DNA of 63,859 nucleotides, the filler included, from Octopus bimaculoides (taxonomy: Eukaryota), in the NCBI RefSeq assembly GCF_001194135.2. It is 6 parts of 6 records of this genome, joined end to end, with 100 filler letters (N's around TTAATTAATTAA, not from the genome) between each part and the next. Parts side by side here need not be neighbours in the genome. Positions count along the whole stretch, not along the records: positions 1 to 30,495 come from NC_068985.1; 5 more parts are not named here. One strand, written 5' to 3'. The translations under genes were made by a program, and so were the position numbers. This document shows, in pieces, positions 1 through 11,000 of this stretch (positions are counted from its first letter, which is position 1; every line of letters starts with the position of its first letter). Below the pieces are notes generated by a model. That model had not been told where the DNA came from. It did no database searches and saw only the letters and a program-made list of their open reading frames with translations.

Positions 1-72
1 ATAACGCCAACCACTCCGAGAGTGTAGTGGGTGCTTTTATGTGCCACCGGCACGAGAGCCAGTCAGGCGGGT
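1..72 (-). mobile_element. SINE family A fragment (cut by window edge)
   Basis: ataacgccaaccactccgagagtgtagtgggtgcttttatgtgccaccggcacg is the reverse complement of the body at 8240-8290 and matches 15305-15350. Confidence 0.8.
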
Positions 73-314
73 AATGTTTAAACAAAATTTAAATATTTTT
101 ACATTTTGCTCAGTTTACCTGGATTTACCTGTAATTAGAGTCACTTTGAGACAAAAATTATGCAATAGAATTGATTAAGAACCCTTTCTTAAATTATGTT
201 CCAAATATCACATTAATATGTTGATAAGTAAAAAAGTTACAGTTGTTTAATGAAACTAGTCTAAATTCATGAGGGGTGTATTTTAGTCAGAAATATAAGT
301 AACAAAAGGGTTAA
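73..314. mobile_element. piggyBac-like MITE fragment inserted at a TTAA in the Helitron remnant
   Basis: Terminus ...AACAAAAGGG|TTAA at 301-314 (CCCTTT TIR plus TTAA target). Helitron helicase codons stop exactly at this TTAA. The other end is not seen. Confidence 0.5.
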
Positions 315-685
315 GGAGAATTTCTGTACTTTATGCCATAGGTGTGAAGACTTAATGCATGCTTTTATTTCATTAGATCTTGTTTGTCTCAGAATAACTG
401 GTAATGTCTATCTGAAGTCTCCTGATAAAACTAATGTAACTCCTCTCATAGATTTATTGTTGTCTCCTATGTCCTTATCAAGAGCTTCCATTGCACCTTT
501 ATGTGACATGGTGCATTCATCCCAAATGATCAGGTGGCATTGGCGCAACACTTCTGCTGAATCTGACTCTTTGCTTATGTTACAAGTTGCACTGTTATTT
601 GTGACCAGGTTTAGCGGTAACTTAAAAGCAGAACGAGCTGTTTGTTCTCCTGGGAGAATGGTGGCAGTGAAGCCAGACGATGCCT
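315..685 (-). mobile_element. Helitron remnant, PIF1 helicase motifs Ia-III (pseudogene)
   Basis: Minus strand reads ASSGFTATILPGEQTARSAFKLPLNL...LRQCHLIIWDECTMSHKGAMEALDK...GVTLVLSGDFR*TLPVI...IKSSHLWHKVQ, with an in-frame stop. Confidence 0.9.
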
Positions 686-958
686 TTTAAGGTGCACAGT
701 GGGCAGAGATAATTAACTTTGGAACTTTTGTCGTTGTTATTCAACAGCAGAGGGGGTGATTCACAAAGAAAGGAAGAGCTTACACTCTTCTCCAAAGACA
801 TTTTTTTCTTTTACACAAAATAAAATTAAAAAATGAGGAATAGAAATTTTTTATTGAAAAATTCGCCCCTAATGGGGCAAAGTCTTGCCTTATCGCTTAG
901 CTCAGTGAGAGCCCAGTTGGTTTGGCCACCAAGATATAGAAAAAAATTAAGAGATATA

Positions 959-1874
959 GGGGTTCCTATAAGGTTGTTATCCACCCCTGATTGGAACTCT
1001 CCCGTATGACATGTACGCATGCTCAGTGACTTGCTTTAACTTCCGCAGACGACTCACATACTGTACTGACCGGTTAATNNNNNNNNNNNNNNNNNNNNNN
1101 NNNNNNNNNNNNNNNNNNNNNNNNNNNNNNNNNNNNNNNNNNNNNNNNNNNNNNNNNNNNNNNNNNNNNNNNNNNNNNNNNNNNNNNNNNNNNNNNNNNN
1201 NNNNNNNNNNNNNNNNNNNNNNNNNNNNNNNNNNNNNNNNNNNNNNNNNNNNNNNNNNNNNNNNNNNNNNNNNNNNNNNNNNNNNNNNNNNNNNNNNNNN
1301 NNNNNNNNNNNNNNNNNNNNNNNNNNNNNNNNNNNNNNNNNNNNNNNNNNNNNNNNNNNNNNNNNNNNNNNNNNNNNNNNNNNNNNNNNNNNNNNNNNNN
1401 NNNNNNNNNNNNNNNNNNNNNNNNNNNNNNNNNNNNNNNNNNNNNNNNNNNNNNNNNNTAAAATTATATTACATACAAAAATAAGAGGAATGACCAGCAA
1501 AAGTGGACTCCTATATGCTAGAAATAGATGCTGAAAGCAGACTGGGATCAGGCAATACTTCACCGAGAGGAGATATAAGCTTCTGCTTCTTTTTGTCTGA
1601 AGTATCGGACGATACTTCAGATCTATCGTCCGATGAATTTACTTTGTTGACATTCTTCATCAACAGAATTTTTATACCTTTCAGTCAAGTCCGCCTTTCT
1701 TCCAGTAACATACTGTCTATATAATCTTAAATATTTCTTTAACTTAGGCACAGTAAGTACTTCGATAGCTGAATCATCGAAACAATAACAATAGCGTGAA
1801 TAGTCTGCGGAAGTTTAATTGTCTACATGGAGCGCCGCCTAGCCAAGGGAGATAACCTACTTATAGGAAAGCCC
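959..1874 (-). mobile_element. Unclassified TIR DNA element with a SAP-domain coding remnant
   Basis: Imperfect TIRs GGGGTTCCTATAAGGTTGTTATCC (from 959) and revcomp GGGCTTTCCTATAAGTAGGTTATCTCCC (ending 1874), both flanked by TATA. Subterminal inverted 13-mer AACTTCCGCAGAC at 1038-1050 and 1803-1815. Minus strand encodes IEVLTVPKLKKYLRLYRQYVTGRKADLTER at about 1676-1766. Contains an N gap. Confidence 0.7.
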
Positions 1875-1959
1875 TATAACAATATTATCTGTGAAAATGA
1901 AACAAAAACTCAGTTCATGAAGACATGTCCTTTCACTTTGAAAATAATAAAAATTTGAT

Positions 1960-3245
1960 CATAAGCACAACGTTCTTCTGGAAGAAGTTTAGCAACTGCA
2001 ATTCTTTTTTGCTGCCTTACCTTGGAGAGAAGCAATGTTGTTACAAATGTTTTACCTGTGCCACCAGGAGCATCAAGAAAGAAAATTCCTCTGCTTTTTT
2101 TCTGACTGATGAAATAATTTTACCATATGCACAGCGTTGTTCTGGAAGAAGTTTAGTTTCCATGTTCATTCACAAATGCAACCAACTCTGTGATGTCATA
2201 ATTTGTCTCTCTTGCTATGTCTCTTGAACTTAAACCACTAATTTGACAGTTTGTTTTTGGCAGTCAAGCAATACTCTTGCAAATTTTTGCCTTCCATGAC
2301 CAAAACTTGATCCTCAATTTCAATCAGCGCTTGGTTAAAAATTGTTTCAGAGAACTAAATATTGATATCTGGGTTTGCCTGTTGAACTGCATACTTTAAG
2401 TCTTCAGCCGTGTCCTCATGATGTTTCATTCAAAGCTGTAGGGGACTGCCAATTTGGCACAATTGCAAAAAGGTTAAAGAATTTCCTTGAAGAATCTGAT
2501 ACTGATGCTTCTGTCAATGCAAGGTTCCAATGCTCATAATTTTCTAAAAAAGCTTGTTAATAGCATGCTTCCCTATAAGTTTCAAACACATGACCATTTA
2601 CCTTCCTTGAATCTTGGAATGATTTGGGACCACGTCTTCATGCAAAAGAAGCTGTAAGTAGTAGCAGTCTACTTGGCTTGGGTGAACATTGTAAACTCTT
2701 GCAAGAGCGTCAGTCTCATGTTTCCTCATGCCATTTATTGTTTCTACAGGTGTAATACTTGGGTAGTTGTGGGTAAAGGAGTTTTCTTCCATCTTCATCT
2801 ACTTGACACAACTTCAAAAAGGCAGTAAAGATAGTTTCTTTTAGAGAAAGTGCCTGTTGCACGGCTGTTTGTTTCGTAAAAGATAACATTGTGGCCATTC
2901 TCTAGATGTACACACAGATCAAAGATGGCTGGGTGCCTCTCATGAATGGGAAAATTGAAGTTGCATCAAAAAAACCTCGTTGGTACTGATGTATCTTCCT
3001 CTGTCATACTGTGCAACTTAGTCATTTTTATTTGTCTTCTGACTGCCATTCTGCATAAGAGTGTATGTTGCAGCATCTAAATTGTTGTTTATATAGTTGC
3101 AAACATACTTAACAGAGTTAACAAAGTTGCAGAATTCAACATTGACTCTGGCTACCTGTACTTGTCTTTGCTTCATTGTAGAATACTGATCATCTACAGC
3201 TACCCTGTCTCCTCTTGTAGAGAGTGAACACATTGTTCTCGGCAA
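1960..3245 (-). mobile_element. Helitron remnant, Rep C-terminus to helicase Walker A (pseudogene)
   Basis: Fragments VEFCNFVNSVKYVCNYINN, ETIFTAFLKLCQVDEDGRKLLYPQLPKYY, ARVYNVHPSQVDCYYLQLLLHE and LDAPGGTGKTFVTTLLLSKVRQQKRIAVA lie in RepHel order. Continues at 685 after an insertion. Confidence 0.88.
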
Positions 3246-3516
3246 CTTTTTTGAAAATTAAAATGGGGATTAGATGAAAAAAGAAGTTATGTGAATATCT
3301 TCACAAGAGTGATTGAAATAAATGGTGATTGTGGAACACCACACACACAGTATCAAAGAGCAGATGAAATGGATGTGTGTGAGATAGAGAATGAGTGAAG
3401 GAGTGTGTTGTCATGTGTACAAATAAGCATACGTCTTTTTTGTATGTATGTGTGTGTGTGTGAGAGAGCCACTTAGACATCACTCTCTCTCTTACACACA
3501 CGCGCGTGCACACATA

Positions 3517-4530
3517 CATGACAACACACTCCTTCTACATCTCTCACGAACCACTCATCTATCCCTAGCTTCTGCATTGACCACCAGATAAGGGAGCAGG
3601 GGATTCTGTCAAAGGCTTTTTCCATGTCAACAAAAGCCAAGTACAGAGGTTTATCTTTGGCTAAGTACTTTTCCTGCCTTGTTGTGCTTTTTCCTGGTAC
3701 AAAACCAAACTGCATCTCATCTAGGATAACTCTCTTCCTAATTAGTTGAGCTATAACCCTCTCTGTAACTTTCATTACTTGGTCCAGCAGTTTGATACCT
3801 ATGTAATTATTTCCATCTTTGTAGCAGTTGAGTATGGTACTGCTACACCAGTCGTTGGGTATTACTCCCTTGTGGACAACCCGATTAACTATATGGTTGA
3901 CTAGACTATATCCCACTCTGTCAGATATTTTAAGCATCTCACAGCACTGACTTTTGATTGGAAAGGGGCTTTCCTTGTCTTCATATCCTTCGTGGCTTTA
4001 TCTACCAAGCAACTGTCAATTCAGATAGCTGGTCTCTCAGTTGGGTCTACATTAGTCAGACTATCCTTTTCCCATACATTCTTTACATTTAGCAGGATTT
4101 CATAAAGGCATTTCCAAATCTCTTTGCAGAATCACTAACTGTAAGTAAACCATCATCCATGCGGACACTCTTCTTTCCTGTGACCTCATTTCTTTTTTTT
4201 ACACACTCTCTTGCAATCCAAAGTACTTCAAGCCCCTGATTCTCCTGCTGCAGAACATTGGCAAACTTCTCAGCAAGAAGTATGACCACACTGCCAACTC
4301 TATCACTGTTCCCTACCCAGAAGATTTTACACCTAAGCTGCCTGTGAAGAACCTAGCGGAACCTCCTCTCCACCTTACTTCTTGGATGCAACACACATCT
4401 ACAGGCCTCCCTTCAAGCATCTCAACAATCTCACTGGACCTATCTTTCAATGTACCCACACTGAGAGTGCCAACACTAAAGGTGAGGAAGGTGTGGGCAG
4501 AGGGTATGCACTCACTATTAAGTTTCAACT
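3517..4530 (-). mobile_element. RTE-clade LINE fragment (APE N-terminus plus RT domain, internally deleted)
   Basis: APE start VGTLSVGTLKDRSSEIVEMLEGRPVDVCCIQEVRWRG (ORF 4313-4651). RT motifs IKLLDQVMKVTERVI, MQFGFVPGKST and LAFVDMEKAFDRIP (ORF 3473-3937). Confidence 0.92.
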
Positions 4531-5864
4531 TATGCAATAATCTATTGTTTCCAGGAATTTTATTATTATTTTGATTCTGACTATAGTAAATTTTATCTTT
4601 ATACCCGGCTTCAAATAATGTGGTTATAGTAATTTTGAGTTTAAAATACAAGTTGATATATTTTTAATGATAGAACTTATTTTTATTTACATACCTTAAG
4701 CTCTCATTTGGTTTATGATATGGTTAGTATAGCTCAGTACTTAAATCCAGAGTAATATCAAAGGTGTTAACCTTTGTATAATCATTTTCTATCAAGATAG
4801 AGAGAGAGACAGAGATGCTTCAAGAATTTAAAAAGTTTTTTGCAGGACCTTTCAAGATTAACCTTATTAGACCTATAGATAGGGAAAAGAGTGTCATCTC
4901 TATATAATCCACCTCCTAATTCAGGAAATTCACTATGTATACAATTAAGAATGTAAATACCAATAAATCAGTTTCATGAGCCAAGTCAGTGGACCCCACA
5001 GTAATGTCAAAATAATCAGGTCTATCAGTTCTAGTCCACTACTTGCTACTGAATTTCCTAGTCATTAGTATTATATCAACATCACGTTTGAATAAAGCTG
5101 AATACTTCATCACATTAATGCCTTATTAAGCAGTATAGAGTTGATGGATGAGACTACAAAATGAGACTACAACATGACTGGAATTGCTTTCTATAGTTGG
5201 ATGGAAAATGAAAAATAACATGAGACACTGAACAATATTTTTTCTCATTGTATACCCATTTCCAATCAGCTTTTCAATGCAAATGCATTGAACTTACCTA
5301 CTATTTTTCATTCAAAATGTATGTATTGCTTAATTTTTAAACAATTTTATTTTACCATTTATTCTTGAGAACTAAAAACTAAGCAAATATTACTAGTGCT
5401 CTTCAATGGCTCCTAACACTGCAATCAATTAAAATAGGAACAACATATATTTGCTGTTCTTATTTTAAAGTCTTCATTCAAGGCTTCCCTATAGTATGCA
5501 GAGATGGATGATTTAAACAAATTGAAGTTAAGTTTCTTGGTTTCAGACAACTAAGAAAATATGATTTTCTGTCTTGATATCATATCAAACAAACTCTCTA
5601 ACTTTTCACAAAGAAATACTGTCCCCGTACAGAGAACAGACAACTAACTCACACTCACCAATTTTCTTTAAACTACAAGTCACATTCTTTCTCCGTCCCT
5701 ATTATAGTGCTTTCTTTTTATATGATCTGTTTTCCCTATCTAACAAACTGTTATACTTCAATATTCTCTTTGTATCATGTTTTATGTTATTTTAATAAAT
5801 TATCTGGAAGAATAAGATTTTCATATCAATAGCAGTTATTTTCTTAAAATTATATGAATCATAC

Positions 5865-5998
5865 CTGTCTTCAAACAAAATAAAGTTGAATTCTTCAGAT
5901 AATTTGACAAGTTGAGAGATAAAATTCATGTTAAAATCCAGAACAATGTCAATGTGGGTCTTCACAGCACAAATATATGGTGCTATTTTCTCAACTAT
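5865..5998 (-). CDS. UMPS: UMP synthase exon (OMP decarboxylase, KTH.D and FEDR motifs)
   Basis: ttctcttttattgcAG|ATA...GAC AG|GTATGA, 134 nt, phase 0 to 2. Translates IVEKIAPYICAVKTHIDIVLDFNMNFISQLVKLSEEFNFILFED(R), with the ODC KTHxD and FEDR(KFAD) motifs. Confidence 0.96.
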
Positions 5999-6160
5999 CT
6001 GCAATAAAAGAGAAAAACATATGAATCTCAAATGATCAGTTTATATTTACAGATATCAAGGAATCCATATAATTTTGGATTTATTACATCTGTAAGATTT
6101 GATTGCAACTTGGTGTATTTAGCACCATTGGGGTGCTACACAATTTCCTTACATCAATAT

Positions 6161-6775
6161 TTTGAGAAAACAATAATATCAGAACAAGAAAGCATCCGAA
6201 CAATATAACGCTCTTTATTATGGGTATGTACAAAATATGTTTTGGTTCAGACATTCAGCAATAACAAATATTCAACACTCTCAGTTTTGGTAAATAAATG
6301 AATGTACGCTCAGACAGATAACAACCACGAACATATAACACTCTAGTTCGGGTATATAAAAATATGTACATTCTAACTCTCAGTAACCACAGTTTGTTGG
6401 ATAAACAGCAAATCTGGTGTTAATCTTTCTTTTGGTTAATACATAACTTGGAACAACTTGGAGAAACTGTTTTGGTTATTAAAACAGCAAAGCTGGAGTT
6501 AATTCAACATTGTGATACAATATCACAGAAAACTCCAGTTGCAAACAGAGCTGGTCAATCCTATGCATCTGGGACAGGAGTGTAGGCGAACCGCTAGTGA
6601 AAACACGTGTGCAATGTTCAGTGGCTGCATCCCGAGTCAGAGACGCAAGCAGGGAACGCAAGAGAACTTTTCCTGCAAGTTTTTAGCACATGCGCATGAG
6701 GGAACTTCCGCAGGCCTTCCAGAAGATTCCAACCCTGCGCATGCGTACTGAAGACTCTCAAGATGACGTCACTAC
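6161..6775. mobile_element. Unclassified insertion flanked by a 10-bp direct repeat
   Basis: ACATCAATAT at 6151-6160 and 6776-6785. GC-richer right end with TGACGTCA and two TGCGCATG motifs. AATAAA on the minus strand near 6213. No TIR. Confidence 0.35.
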
Positions 6776-8139
6776 ACATCAATATCACCCACATTCCAAA
6801 TTTTGTGCATATTTTTCCTACACTATTTTAGGATTAAGAGGTCTAGTCTAACTTTCATACTTATTAGTTTAGCTACACTATTTCAGTATAATTTCCTATA
6901 CAATATTGTTAACAGGATTTGATGATAGAAACTATTAGTGTTAACATGACTTTTAAAACCTTGTATGTCACAAATCTGCCCCAAAGCTCATATGTCTGTC
7001 AGACCTGTACAACCAGAAATGGCCCAAATAAAAACACTCATGTTTATATCTGTTTAAAAAAATTTACTGACTCTTTAATCTAAGAGAGAAAGCTTTAATC
7101 CCTTCCTCTACCATATATTTACATTGGCCGCTATCAAAATTGATGTGCATATGACTGAACTTCTGCAATTTATTTTTGGATCAAGTACATTCTTTCTGAA
7201 GGAAGTAACTCAGCTTCCTTGGAAATTTCACAATGGATAAGCTGCAAAGATGTTAAAAAACATTTTTTTGTGTTTGTGATGTATGTTCATGTTTCATCAA
7301 CAATTTTCAACTTACCAGCTTTTTAATTATTGCTATGTAATATCTAACATATACAATATTATATTTAGCACATAGCACTATTTACATTTATAAAAAAAAA
7401 GAACACGTCATTTCTGCAACAATGTGAATTTTCCTGAGAATGTGATCATAAATACACTATAAGCACTTGAATAAACAAGCCCATTTTTAATTTTCTTGGT
7501 TGTTTAATCATTACAGGGTTGAGCTTTTAACTTAAAATGTTTGCAACAAGATTTTAAACGTTCAGAAGCACAGACAAGACAGAGAGAGATGTAAGTTACC
7601 TCTGAAATGCAACTTTGAATTGGGAAGGCCTTGTCCTAGTTTGACTGGCAACTTTTGTGCCTATAACTAAAAACAACTGCATTCTTGATAACCCTCCAGA
7701 TTAACAAAGTCCATCTACAGTTGGCTGTTATTGAGGAAAAGTTTGTCCAATACAACATTGGAACTCTTTTCAACTCTCAAGGAAAGTTACATATGGTTAA
7801 TAAGGTGCCTACCAGATATAGTTGCTAAGATTTTGAAAACATTAGGTTCTGTAGGTCATATGTTAAATACTCATGAGTATTCAGGTACTGCAGTAAAATA
7901 TTATTTCAAAGACAAGCTAAGAAAAATAAAAATCTGCTACAAGGGAAAAGAAGATGCACTGGAGAGAGCATATGGGTCACGATATGATGGACCAAATCTT
8001 GAAAGTACTGAAACACCTTTTGGATACTGTTAGTATGGGTAAGATACAGTTTAGATTTGTATAGAGCAACATAAGCTCAGTACAATTTTGGAAATGGGTT
8101 TGCTTTATAAGTATAAAGTACTACTTGAGTGTGGTTGAT

Positions 8140-8428
8140 GCCAGTCCCACTGGACTGGCTCCTCTGCTGGTGGCACGTAAAAAGCACCATTCAAGTGTGG
8201 TTGTTGCCAGTGCTGCCTGACTGGCTCCCGTGCCGGTGGCATGTAAAAAGTACCCACTACACTCTCGTAGTGGTTGGCGTTAGGAAGGGCATCCAGTTGT
8301 AGAAATCTTGCCAGATCAGACTTGAGCCTGGTACAGCCTCCTGGCTTGCCAGTCCTCAGTCAAACTGTCCAACCCATGCCAGCATGGAAAGCGGACATTA
8401 AACGATGATGATGATGATGATGATGATG
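8140..8428 (+). mobile_element. SINE family A (3' part with (GAT)n tail)
   Basis: Core TGGTTGGCGTTAGGAAGGGCATCCAG, end CCAACCCATGCCAGCATGGAAAGCGGACATTAAAC then (GAT)n. Other copies at 1-72, 15161-15445 and 17270-17418. Confidence 0.88.
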
Positions 8429-8664
8429 CATGGAAAGCAAGATACTCAATACTGCATGCTCAGAACAAGCAATGGGAACACAAAAAGTGCAGAGATATCT
8501 GGCAGGTTGAGAAATTTCAAACTGTAGCTATCATAGATGTTCAAGAGTAAAGAGGTGCATCTGTAAAATAAGAACAATTTATTTGGTATAGATGATAGTC
8601 TTTATTACTTAAGTGATCTAATTAAGCTAAATCTATCTCTTAATGATTACCTATTTCCACTAAA

Positions 8665-8785
8665 GTGGTGAGCTGGCAGAATCATTAGTACATCAGACAC
8701 AATGCTTAGTGACTTTTCATCCATCTTTATGTTCTGAGTTCAAAACACTCCCCAAATTGCTGGCCTTGTGCCAAAATTGGAAACC
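8665..8785 (+). mobile_element. SINE family C, internally deleted
   Basis: GGTGAGCTGGCAGAATC head, TGTTCTGAGTTCAAA B-box region and GGCCTTGTGCC tail shared with copies at 47690 and 48634. Confidence 0.7.
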
Positions 8786-8956
8786 AATAATTACTTATTT
8801 TTATCCTACAATCTGATCAATTATTTATGTGGTGACATTTATGATTAACATATTGTAGTTGCAATTATAGGAACTGTTCAGATAGTCTTGCATGTTAATG
8901 AGATAACAGAGCTTTTAAATTCTTTAAACATAATGAAACATTTTGTATTTCCTCAC

Positions 8957-9088
8957 CTCAAGTATCTTTGCACAGCTTGTGAAATCAACAGAAAGGATTA
9001 GGTTAGTTTGTTTTTTTGCCATGATAGTAAACAATCTTTTAGCAACAGGATGACTGCATAATTCCGCTCGCTGTTGAAAGTTTAAAGT
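8957..9088 (-). CDS. UMPS: UMP synthase exon (start of OMP decarboxylase domain)
   Basis: tggtatttcAG|ACT...GAG|GTGAGG, 132 nt, phase 0-0. Translates TLNFQQRAELCSHPVAKRLFTIMAKKQTNLILSVDFTSCAKILE, matching UMPS RA.L..HPVA..L..M.KK.TNL.LS.D. Confidence 0.95.
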
Positions 9089-9435
9089 CTGAAATACCAA
9101 ATCATAGATCTTTTTCTCAAATTGTGGGGAAACAATAGATTGATTAGGAAAATTAACAACATGGACAATATAATAGGAAAGCTGAGAATGTTTCTACTAA
9201 AAAATATTTTAACAGAAAAAAATAAAAGTTAATTCAGAGAAATTCTCTATTTTCTTAAAACGACCTCATTCTCATCAAAATTATCACTGGGAATATAATT
9301 AATCAAAATGTATATAAACATTATTCACTGTCTTGATTAAATGCAATATGTAACAAACATTTTATAATGTTATCATTTAGTGAGCTAAATGATAAATATT
9401 AATAAGAGATGTAGCAACAAATATAAAAACTATAC

Positions 9436-9604
9436 CCGTTTTGAGATTTGATGAAGTTTAGCCTCAGTTTCTTCATCTTTTAACTTTAGGAAATTATATC
9501 CTGTTTGGTTCATAGCAATGAACTGGCTTACATTTAAAACTGTTTCAGTAGATATCTTCTTATTTTCACATAAAATTTCGAGAAACTGTTTCAGGGTGAA
9601 CAGG
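9436..9604 (-). CDS. UMPS: UMP synthase exon (OPRT end and linker)
   Basis: ttgtttattgaAG|C CTG...CGG|GTATAG, 169 nt, phase 2 to 0. Translates (S)LFTLKQFLEILCENKKISTETVLNVSQFIAMNQTGYNFLKLKDEETEAKLHQISKR, resembling UMPS [21 protein letters not shown]..FI. The AG|C split codon gives Ser with the upstream exon. Confidence 0.88.
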
Positions 9605-9992
9605 CTTCAATAAACAAAAATATTTTGAATAGGTTAAAATGCATTTGTAAGATTCAAATATTTGAATAAATGAAGGAGGAACTGTGAATGGCTCAGGAAC
9701 TAGACCTAATCTTCGAGATTGTATTTCTCCCCATAAAGATAGCTGTGCCACCACAACCATTATCATCATTTTAATGCCTATTTTCCCATGTTTGCATGGA
9801 TTAGACAGAATTTGTTGAAACAAATTTCCTATGGCTGCATACCCTGCCTGCTTTCAAGAAACAGATCAGACATGTTTCCATGGAAGAGTAGAAACTGTTC
9901 TGTTGTTTGTATGATAACAATCATTTAGAAATTCCATGTGAGGTCAAGTCAAGGAGACACAAACACACCAACACATCTATATATACAGATGT

Positions 9993-10145
9993 AGGCATGG
10001 TTATGTAGTTATGATGGTTGCTTCCCAACCATCTGGTTCCACATTCAATCCTACTGCATGACACCTTGGGCAAATGTCTTCTACTATAGCACAGGATTGA
10101 CCAAAGTCTGTGAGCATATTTGGTGGAAGGAAACTGAGAGAAGTG
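9993..10145 (+). mobile_element. SINE family B 5' half (tRNA-derived head)
   Basis: Degenerate B box GGTTCCACATTCAATCC, then CACCTTGGGCAAATGTCTTCTACTATAGC. Matches the revcomp of 43115-43270. Confidence 0.75.
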
Positions 10146-10760
10146 TGTGTGAGTGTGTTTGTGCTTCCCAGTTTTGACATTTTAATTACTGATATGACAT
10201 AATATGTCGCATGTGTTTGTATATTGTTATTAAGTGTCCTCTTAGTTACCAAATAAACAGGTAAATTGACACAATACAATGTCTGCAAGTTGATGAATAC
10301 CACCTATTTCCTTCCATTTTCTTATTGCTATATAAATTAAGGGTAAAATATCCTTTTACCCGCACCCATTTATTGCACTTGGTAATATGAAGGTAAAACA
10401 CTAGTGTAATAATAATTGGGTATTCTTCCGGCAGTATATTGGATAGATATTATTCCTTAGTGGGTTGGATTCACAACCCCTAACTTTCTTGGATACATAT
10501 ATATATATAAATGTTCAACTTCAAATATTCATAGGTATACTCACACATATACTTATACACTAATACAATCATGCTCACATAAATGCATCTACATTTTCAC
10601 AAAATTGCACAAAATACACATTTGTATACATACTCATGACCATATGCAACATTTATCCTCTAACATACAAGAACCTGTATATTCTAGAGTTCACACACAA
10701 ACACATCACTTCATTCTTATTGACACATACTAGAATATAAGCACATTGTGATTTTATAAA

Positions 10761-11000
10761 CAGCATTGGCCAAAAGTTACCCAACAGTAAATCAAAATTT
10801 CAATATATACTTAATATTCAATTTTATTTACTTATTCCAGTTATGAATATTTAATAATTGAATGATGTGAGTTAAATATTTTTTTTTGGTTTCAACATTT
10901 GTCTATTTATTAGTGAAGTCTCATATAAAATAATTTTTTGCTTTGATCTTGGAATTAAATGGGTTTTGATTTCCTGTCAGATGACTTTTGGCTAACCCTG
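10761..11000. mobile_element. Tc1/mariner-type MITE, 240 bp
   Basis: Imperfect 27-bp TIRs CAGCATTGGCCAAAAGTTACCCAACAG and revcomp CAGGGTTAGCCAAAAGTCATCTGACAG. TA on the right flank, AA on the left. Confidence 0.65.

Noticed and set aside
695-722. CACAGTG heptamer suggesting an RSS or Transib end
   Set aside because: No nonamer at 12 or 23 bp and no matching inverted partner found.
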